Source of the DNA: Peptococcaceae bacterium BICA1-8
GTDB lineage: Bacteria; Bacillota; Peptococcia; Peptococcales; BICA1-8
DNA: 64,000 nt
NCBI GenBank assembly: GCA_000802045.1
Contig: JUEF01000034.1
Location: 839-64,838, forward strand
Direction of reading: 5' to 3'
The notes under the pieces: model-generated
Told to the model about the DNA's origin: nothing
The model's input: the letters and a program-made list of their open reading frames with translations, nothing else
The model's database searches: none
Translations under genes and position numbers: made by a program
Shown here: positions 58,723-64,000 of the stretch, piece by piece
Position numbering within the stretch: position 1 is the stretch's first letter
Layout of the letters: the number at the start of each line of letters is the position of its first letter

Positions 58723-58738
58723 TGGCATTATTCTTGCA
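58723..58738 (+). promoter_or_regulatory. sigma-54 (-24/-12) promoter of the C_GCAxxG_C_C gene
   Basis: TGGCAT-TATTC-TTGCA, a near-perfect match to TGGCAC-N5-TTGCW. Lies 40 nt upstream of the ATG at 58778 and is divergent from the activator gene. Confidence 0.72.
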
Positions 58739-58777
58739 ACATAATAGAACATATTAAGATATTTGGAGGAATTAGTA

Positions 58778-59287
58778 ATGGACATTGACTCCCTTCAACA
58801 AAATACAAAAGAACTCGCTGTGAAAAACTTTAAAGAGAGAATGAGCTGCTCAGAAGCTGTACTGTCAGCAGTAATTTCAGCCGGTTTAATAAGTTATCCA
58901 CGGGACATAGTTGCTCTGGCAACAGGATTTGGAGGCGGTATTGGTCTAGCGGGCTTTAACTGTGGTGCTCTTTCTGGTGCCGTCATGGCAGTTAGTGGAG
59001 TTCACGGCCGAAGAAACCCTATCACAGGGACGCCGGATGAAAGAACCCAACTTACTTATGGCAAAATATACCGCATATTTAATTCCCTCGTACAGGATTT
59101 CCAAGAAGAGCTTGGCTCTGTTGACTGTATGGAGTTGTGTAAAAACTATGATTTCAATACAAAGGAAAGATCAGAGTATTGTGCAGGCATTGTTGAATAT
59201 GCCACAACACTAGCAGTTTCCTACATAGCTCTTGGAGAATTCTACAGTACAAAATCCTATGGAAAAAATATGGCGGGTTTAAAATGA
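58778..59287 (+). CDS. C_GCAxxG_C_C family (putative redox-active) protein
   Basis: 169 aa counted from the ATG at 58778 (GGAGG 8 nt upstream). Contains MSCSEAVLSA and FNCGALSGAVMA, the family's C-GAxxG signature, plus C-terminal Cys residues. Confidence 0.85.
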   Translation: MDIDSLQQNTKELAVKNFKERMSCSEAVLSAVISAGLISYPRDIVALATGFGGGIGLAGFNCGALSGAVMAVSGVHGRRNPITGTPDERTQLTYGKIYRIFNSLVQDFQEELGSVDCMELCKNYDFNTKERSEYCAGIVEYATTLAVSYIALGEFYSTKSYGKNMAGLK

Positions 59288-59411
59288 TATTAGCATAATC
59301 AAAATTTTAAACTTCGGGGTTCCGGGGCAGAGCCTCCATAAATATCACTAGCTCCATTGGCATTCTTTCTACCCCATTCTTTCTTGCTTTCTTTGGTTTA
59401 AGCAATAATTA

Positions 59412-59439
59412 TTGATATATGTTCAAAACAGTATATAAT
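59412..59439 (+). promoter_or_regulatory. sigma-A-like promoter upstream of the glutamate-synthase-like gene
   Basis: TTGATA, a 16-nt spacer, then TATAAT. Lies ~95 nt upstream of the ATG at 59536. Confidence 0.45.
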
Positions 59440-59535
59440 AAAGTTGAATGGGGCATATGACCATAACTATAAGAGATACTGGTCTTTAATAAAAATGGGG
59501 ATATCTGTTTTTAATTATTATGCGGGGGTGATATT

Positions 59536-61089
59536 ATGTCTTATAGTCCATCATTAGGGAGTTCCATAACCAATACTAGAATGAGAACTCCGGAACATAT
59601 ATCTGATTTTTCAGGTATGTGTGCAGTATGTACAGCTAATTGTACAGGCCTTTGTGAAATAGGCCTATCTGCTATCCGTGGATCAGAAGCAATTTATCCT
59701 TATGCAATAGATATAAACCAATTTGCTTCTGAGAAAGAGTACCCATTGGATTTTTCTCATTTTAACATCAATGGGAGGGTATTTGGCGCATTAGGATGCT
59801 CTGAAGATGCTAATATGACAACTTTCCCTAAAGTAAGTATCAATACATCCTTTGGTATAAACAATAAAATCAATCTGAAAGCACCTATCCTTCTGCCGGC
59901 TATGGCTAAATTAAACTGGAAGGATTACTATGCTGGAGCAGCTTTAGCAGGTGTATTAGTGGTAATTGGTGAAGATGTAGTAGTAAAAGATAAGGGTTTA
60001 GTTTTAGAAAATGGTAAAGTTAGTAACTCACCTCTTATTGCAGAAATGTTAGCTTCATTTAAAGAGTATTATAATGGGTACGGGGATATTATTATTCAGG
60101 CTAATTATGATGATGAAAACCTGGGAGTATTAGATTATGCTATCACTAAATTGGAAGTAAAATCGGTAGAGCTTAAATTTGGGCAAGCGGCTAAAGGAAT
60201 TCAGGGGATGGGAAGAGTAAAAAATATTGAAGACGCACTAAAGTTTCAAGAAATGGGTTATTTAATTTATCCTGATCCCTCTGACCCAGTTGTAGCTGAA
60301 AACTACAAAAATGGTATAGGTCAAATATTTGAAAAAATAGGTAAATTACCAATGTGGAATGAGGACATATTGATTAAACGAGTCGCTGAGCTACGAGAGT
60401 TAGGGGCTGAACATATCTGCTTCAAAACTGGGCCTTTTGATCCGAAAGATCTGGTTAAGATTCTTAAAATTGCGTCAAAAGCTGGTGTGGATTTAGTTAC
60501 ATTTGATGGTGCTGGAGGAGGGTCTGGAAATAGTCCAACTAAAATGATGAATGAATGGGGTATTCCTACAGTTTATATGGAAAGTATGCTGTACGATATA
60601 TTAAAAAAGTTTAAAAAGAAAAATTATTCTATGCCTCAAGTTGCAATAGCTGGTGGGTTTGCTATGGAAGATCAAGTATTTAAGGGATTAGCATTGGGTG
60701 CTCCATATGTAAATCTCATAGGAATAGGTAGGGCTGCTATGGCAGCAGCATTAGTTGGCAAGCAAATAGGAGAATTAATAAATAAAGGAACAGTACCTAA
60801 AGAGTACCAGAGATTCGGCTCTACTTTAGAAGAAATATTTGCTGATATTAGGGAGCTTAAAGGTTTATATGGTAGTGATGCAAAAGATATTTCCCCTGGG
60901 GCAATAGGGGTATATTCATTTATAAATAGGATTTCTGCAGGACTACAACAATTCATGGCTCTCAACCGTAAGTTCGCTCTAAAGTATATTGATAGGAGTG
61001 ATATATTCCCTTTAACAGAAATAGCAGCTAAGATTACAGGGCTAGAGACATATACCGATATAGTAAACAGAGAATTAAAGAATCCCTAA
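59536..61089 (+). CDS. FMN-binding glutamate-synthase-domain-2-like oxidoreductase with an N-terminal Cys cluster
   Basis: 517 aa. The TIM-barrel GltB-FMN-type core contains VELKFGQAAKG, TFDGAGGGSGNSP and GGFAMEDQVFKGLALGA. An N-terminal CAVCTANCTGLCEIG motif (C-x2-C-x3-C-x3-C) is a presumptive Fe-S site. Confidence 0.88.
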   Translation: MSYSPSLGSSITNTRMRTPEHISDFSGMCAVCTANCTGLCEIGLSAIRGSEAIYPYAIDINQFASEKEYPLDFSHFNINGRVFGALGCSEDANMTTFPKVSINTSFGINNKINLKAPILLPAMAKLNWKDYYAGAALAGVLVVIGEDVVVKDKGLVLENGKVSNSPLIAEMLASFKEYYNGYGDIIIQANYDDENLGVLDYAITKLEVKSVELKFGQAAKGIQGMGRVKNIEDALKFQEMGYLIYPDPSDPVVAENYKNGIGQIFEKIGKLPMWNEDILIKRVAELRELGAEHICFKTGPFDPKDLVKILKIASKAGVDLVTFDGAGGGSGNSPTKMMNEWGIPTVYMESMLYDILKKFKKKNYSMPQVAIAGGFAMEDQVFKGLALGAPYVNLIGIGRAAMAAALVGKQIGELINKGTVPKEYQRFGSTLEEIFADIRELKGLYGSDAKDISPGAIGVYSFINRISAGLQQFMALNRKFALKYIDRSDIFPLTEIAAKITGLETYTDIVNRELKNP

Positions 61090-61099
61090 TTTAATCTTA

Positions 61100-61143
61100 C
61101 AAGGGAAGCCGATATCTACTAGATTAGATATCGGCTTCCCTTG
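61100..61143. terminator. 19-bp perfect palindrome 11 nt after the stop of the glutamate-synthase-like gene
   Basis: CAAGGGAAGCCGATATCTA - CTAGAT - TAGATATCGGCTTCCCTTG. No U-tract on either strand. Both arms contain GCCGATATC. Confidence 0.55.
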
Positions 61144-61481
61144 ATAAACCCCTGTAGCAATTTAAAGGTTTCGTTCTAAAGTAAGTAAAAAAAATCTAGC
61201 GTATAAAAAACAAGAGGCATCTAGATACATACTACATCTTGAATACCCCTTATCGTTGTTTTGGTGCGGTAGAGAAGACTTGCTTCAAAAAGATTAGACC
61301 GTTTTAGCCACCTTAATGTTGGTTAAGTTTGCCTATTTTTTTGCCAGCATCTACTAAATTTTTGATAGCATTTACATATGTTTTTTGGTATAGCAAATAA
61401 GGACAGAAGAAATGTTTCAGGTCAAATTATTGTATTTTGTACTAAAAAGACAAAGTTATTGAACTCTATTTTGCTCCTTAA

Positions 61482-61889
61482 TTATATATTATTCTTATTT
61501 ATGAAAGCTGAAGTTATTAGCCTCCTTATAACTTCAGCTTTACTGAATTTTAAAGAGGACTTGTATTTATTTAGGTCATTTGCTATTTGCTCTAGCTGCG
61601 CTAACTGTTTTTTAGAAAACTTAACATTCTTTCTTTTATCACCTACATTATCTTCAATATTCAAATTTTCTATTTGCTTTACTACCTTGTTATCAAAAAC
61701 TAAATCAGTTATCTTACGAATTATTTCTGCTTCACTAGAACCTTGCTTTTGTTTTAGGTGTTGTAAATATTCATTTTGGACTTCTGAAATAACAAAACCA
61801 TATTCTTTTAAACAACCATCCTGCTTCTTATTCTGTATATAGAAGTAATGCACATAATCTGGTTGGCGAACTTTCCTACCTTCTCCCAT
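61482..61889 (-). CDS. tandem ribbon-helix-helix (RHH/CopG-like) protein at the island's right border
   Basis: 135 aa with two RHH-like units. Unit 1: YGFVISEVQNEYLQHLKQKQGSSEAEIIRKITDLV. Unit 2: KNVKFSKKQLAQLEQIANDLN...FSKAEVIRRLITSA. The ATG lies exactly at the repeat junction. The antisense 154-aa ORF looks like junk. Confidence 0.6.
   Translation of the reverse strand: MGEGRKVRQPDYVHYFYIQNKKQDGCLKEYGFVISEVQNEYLQHLKQKQGSSEAEIIRKITDLVFDNKVVKQIENLNIEDNVGDKRKNVKFSKKQLAQLEQIANDLNKYKSSLKFSKAEVIRRLITSAFINKNNI
61836..61886. repeat. repeat X: 5' coding end of the RHH gene, duplicated at 62070-62119
   Basis: 46/51 identity with 62070-62119. The inner 33 nt (61854-61886 vs 62087-62119) differ at one position. 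Confidence 0.85.
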
Positions 61890-61978
61890 GCCGGCAACCC
61901 GCCTGCTGCATCAACTTCAATTTCAATCTCAAAAACTGATAAGCCCATAAGAGTAGAGCTTTTTACATTTGCAAGCAT
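61890..61978 (-). pseudogene. comM: orphan comM 5' fragment (codons 1-30)
   Basis: Encodes MLANVKSSTLMGLSVFEIEIEVDAAGGLPAW, identical to ComM residues 1-30. It then diverges (EKVGKFANQIMCITSIYRIRSRMVV, stop). Confidence 0.85.
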
Positions 61979-62052
61979 GTTTTCCTCCGATATTTGTAAA
62001 ATGTAATACTACTTATAATTTTACAAATATCGGCAAATATCCTTCTTTTTTA
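61890..62052. repeat. direct repeat copy B: displaced comM 5' end plus promoter (attR-like)
   Basis: See copy A. Contains TAAA-N14-GCCGATAT and a perfect 16-bp palindrome CCGATATTTGTAAAAT / ATTTTACAAATATCGG (61987-62002 / 62018-62033), followed by the SD GGAGG and the ATG at 61978. Confidence 0.9.
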
Positions 62053-62069
62053 GCAGATTTATTAATGTT

Positions 62070-62119
62070 TATATAAAAGTATAAACATAATCTGGTTGGC
62101 GAATTTTCCTACCTTCTCC
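62070..62119 (-). pseudogene. remnant of a second RHH-gene 5' end (older junction scar)
   Basis: Translates as GEGRKIRQPDYVYTFI then stop, compared with MGEGRKVRQPDYVHYFYIQ in the intact gene. It has no start codon and is truncated by the copy-B promoter block. Confidence 0.6.
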
Positions 62120-62225
62120 ACTCTTACTCCACTTATTGCATCAATTTAGAATTAAATATATTGAGATGGACCTATCTGGTTAGTCCTTATAAAACCTTAA
62201 AATGAAGTATTATAAGTATTCATTT

Positions 62226-62259
62226 AAAAAAGGTCATTGCTTAGAAAAGCAATGACCTT
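62226..62259 (-). terminator. rho-independent terminator
   Basis: Perfect 13-bp stem AAGGTCATTGCTT / AAGCAATGACCTT with a 4-nt loop, followed on the minus strand by TTTTAAATG. Lies ~300 nt downstream of the GntR gene. Confidence 0.6.
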
Positions 62260-62555
62260 AAAAAGGGGGTATGGAGTTTTAATTTAACTAAGATCCTGAT
62301 CTGAGTATAATTAAATTATTCTAGAAACAAATTTTTTTATAATAATAAGTATTAACTTCTTCCCTCATGTTTACATCTTGCCAATGCACTACTCTAAATA
62401 TGGCTACATTAGGTAATACTCCCTAAATCTATCTGACCATTAGATAAGATACATAAGAGGTAGATTCAACATTTTCTATAACTTGTTAATTACTTGAGAA
62501 AGAACGCCAGCAAATACATACCTGTACCTCCCAGCGATTTATATAGTTATAGAAA

Positions 62556-63281
62556 TTAAACCCTTAAAATAGCTTCAATATATTTATCTGTTTGGACTAT
62601 AAAGTCACTATTATCTAAACCTTCCAATTTAGCATATTCTTGCATTGCTCTTTTCCCAGCAGTTAAAATGTGTCTTTCTAAAACTAATTTACAAGATAAT
62701 ACATCTCCTTTAATGATATATTCTAGCAACTCACTATGTTCTTTAATAGAAATTGTCCTATTATAATCTTTTTTAAGTGAAAATGACCTGAAAATTTTCA
62801 TTTTAACATCTAATGGCTCATAAATTTGCTTTAAAATATCTAATCCTGAAAAATTAATTAAAGAGGTATGAAATTCTCTATTAAGCTCTTGTATGATTCG
62901 AACTTCATTTTCTTTAGATGCTTTAACACTTTTATCAATAATTTTTTCAATTTTACTTACTATTTCATTTTTATTGTCTTTTATTGCTACAAATGAAGCT
63001 GCAAGACTTTCAGCAGAAGCACGAATAAAATAGACTTGACATATGTCCTCTAATGAAGGCTTATACACTGTTACAATTCCATTTTCACTTTTTAGTAATC
63101 CTTCACTACATAATATTCGAGCTGCTTCCCTGACTGGAGTCCTACTAATTCCCAACCACTCTGCTAATTGTTGATCAGTAAGTCTTTCCCCTGGTTTAAG
63201 ATCACCTTTTGTAATATCGTCTTTTAATTGATAATAGGCTTGCAAATACAAAGGTTCTACTTTAATCAGTTTACCTGTCAT
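62556..63281 (-). CDS. GntR family transcriptional regulator (FadR/FCD subfamily)
   Basis: N-terminal wHTH (LKPGERLTDQQLAEWLGISRTPVREAARIL) and a helical FCD-like C-terminus. I chose the ATG at 63281, 7 nt after GGAGG (241 aa). Confidence 0.88.
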   Translation of the reverse strand: MTGKLIKVEPLYLQAYYQLKDDITKGDLKPGERLTDQQLAEWLGISRTPVREAARILCSEGLLKSENGIVTVYKPSLEDICQVYFIRASAESLAASFVAIKDNKNEIVSKIEKIIDKSVKASKENEVRIIQELNREFHTSLINFSGLDILKQIYEPLDVKMKIFRSFSLKKDYNRTISIKEHSELLEYIIKGDVLSCKLVLERHILTAGKRAMQEYAKLEGLDNSDFIVQTDKYIEAILRV

Positions 63282-63321
63282 TAAGATTCCTCCATCAAGC
63301 GAAATATGAACTTGCACTTTA

Positions 63322-64000
63322 TTAGTTTTCTAGACCTAATCTCTTTATTTCCTCTCCTTTTGGAATACCCGTTTCGATATCCCAACCTCTTAAACTATAA
63401 AACTCATCTAACATAATATTAAGTTCATCTTCTTTCATATACATACCTTTACTTGGGCCATCAGGTATAGGTTCTTTCATAAATCTTGGTGGTAAAATAT
63501 CATCTTTACGGGTGATACCTTCTCGACAGTTAAACATTCGCTCCAATGTATATATCCTGTCTGCAATCGTATTTAATTCTCCCATATCAAGATCAAACCC
63601 AGTTAACATATTAATTACTTCTACATATTTTTCAGATAAATATTGTCCGAAAACAGGTTCGGAATGCCGCCGGCAAAGGATAAGACTATCACCAATTGTA
63701 CACATTCTCTGATTTTTCAGAACATGCTCTGGCTTGCCATCTATAATCTGTCTATCCAGTTTTCCCGATCTTTCGGCTCCTGGCCGAATATCTTGGTGAT
63801 TGCCACCTCTAGTAGCAACAGCATAACCCAAGCCCATTCCTTTCAATCCACGTGCTGTGTGACCTGCTAATTCTAAACCCTTAACGTGAATAGCAAACTC
63901 CTCACTACCTTTTCCAACTTTTTGACTTGCTATTTTTGTACCTTCCGCTAGAAGATCACCAATTCCCTCACGGTAAGCAATTTTTTTTATCATATCTAGT
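63322..64000 (-). CDS. aldehyde:ferredoxin oxidoreductase family protein, C-terminal part (runs off the window end)
   Basis: AOR C-terminal domain motifs (GIGDLLAEG, GLGYAVATRGGNHQD, DSLILCR). The frame stays open to position 64000, so the gene continues beyond the window. Confidence 0.88.
   Translation of the reverse strand, partial: LDMIKKIAYREGIGDLLAEGTKIASQKVGKGSEEFAIHVKGLELAGHTARGLKGMGLGYAVATRGGNHQDIRPGAERSGKLDRQIIDGKPEHVLKNQRMCTIGDSLILCRRHSEPVFGQYLSEKYVEVINMLTGFDLDMGELNTIADRIYTLERMFNCREGITRKDDILPPRFMKEPIPDGPSKGMYMKEDELNIMLDEFYSLRGWDIETGIPKGEEIKRLGLEN

Larger units (their letters stand above)
50986..61889. mobile_element. putative integrated genomic island in the comM 5' end (metabolic cargo, no recombinase detected)
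   Basis: The segment is enclosed by the two comM 5' direct repeats. Its gene content is unrelated to the conserved backbone. No integrase, transposase or relaxase ORF was found in any frame that I read. Confidence 0.55.

Noticed and set aside
59312-59340. An unusually GC-rich patch (cttcggggttccggggcagagcctcc) in an AT-rich intergenic region
   Set aside because: I could find no inverted or direct repeat partner, no ORF with an SD and no known motif. It may be a relic, but I cannot support any call.
59358-59388. TGGCAT upstream of the GltB-like gene as a third sigma-54 promoter
   Set aside because: The nearest TTGC lies 20 nt downstream rather than 5 nt, so the -24/-12 geometry is not met.
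61378-61842. 154-aa plus-strand ORF
   Set aside because: It is antisense to the RHH ORF. Its Cys/Phe/Leu-rich sequence looks like junk, while the minus-strand frame shows two coherent RHH-like units.
1-64000. Search for CRISPR arrays, tRNA/rRNA genes, transposases/IS ends and known defence-system gene types
   Set aside because: I saw no short regularly spaced repeats, tRNA-like T-arm motifs, rRNA-like stretches, DDE/HUH transposase-like ORFs, or nuclease/ATPase/RT defence-type gene clusters. The only multi-copy sequences found are the comM and RHH junction repeats.

Overview
This is a low-GC, Firmicutes/Clostridia-type chromosome segment, transcribed almost entirely on the minus strand. Content, reading the minus strand from high to low coordinates:
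- 64000-62556: a partial aldehyde:ferredoxin oxidoreductase gene and a GntR regulator.
- 62259-61890: a short region of recombination scars.
- 61889-50986: a ~10.9 kb accessory island. It carries a tandem ribbon-helix-helix (RHH) gene and a sigma-54 activator. It also carries a cupin / M20 carbamoylase / D-hydantoinase / NCS1 permease operon, plus a divergent C_GCAxxG_C_C and Fe-S/FMN glutamate-synthase-like gene pair.
- comM/yifB, followed by four small accessory transcription units, including a stand-alone LigD polymerase domain and an unlisted 55-aa zinc-ribbon ORF.
- The conserved backbone dprA-topA-trmFO-xerC-hslVU-codY.
- 38658-9142: a complete, tightly packed ~30 kb fla/che operon, flgB through sigD.
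- FapA and two unknown genes, then rpsB-tsf-pyrH-frr-uppS-cdsA-(AI-2E permease)-dxr.

I saw no rRNA, tRNA, CRISPR array, transposase, integrase (other than the backbone xerC) or recognisable defence genes.

The most notable observation is that the island is bracketed by direct repeats of the comM 5' end plus promoter (87/89 nt identical, 80 nt perfect). A further decayed junction copy lies beyond the right repeat. This suggests repeated site-specific insertion at comM by an element family with no recombinase visible in this window.

The ORF track translates TTG/GTG as M and takes the longest ORF. Several starts therefore look over-extended, and I moved them to the ATG with a Shine-Dalgarno (SD) sequence: frr, tsf, flgE, fliK, the flgD-flgE intervening ORF, the C_GCAxxG gene and the GntR gene. 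All functional calls rest on my reading of motifs and gene order. No database search was run.
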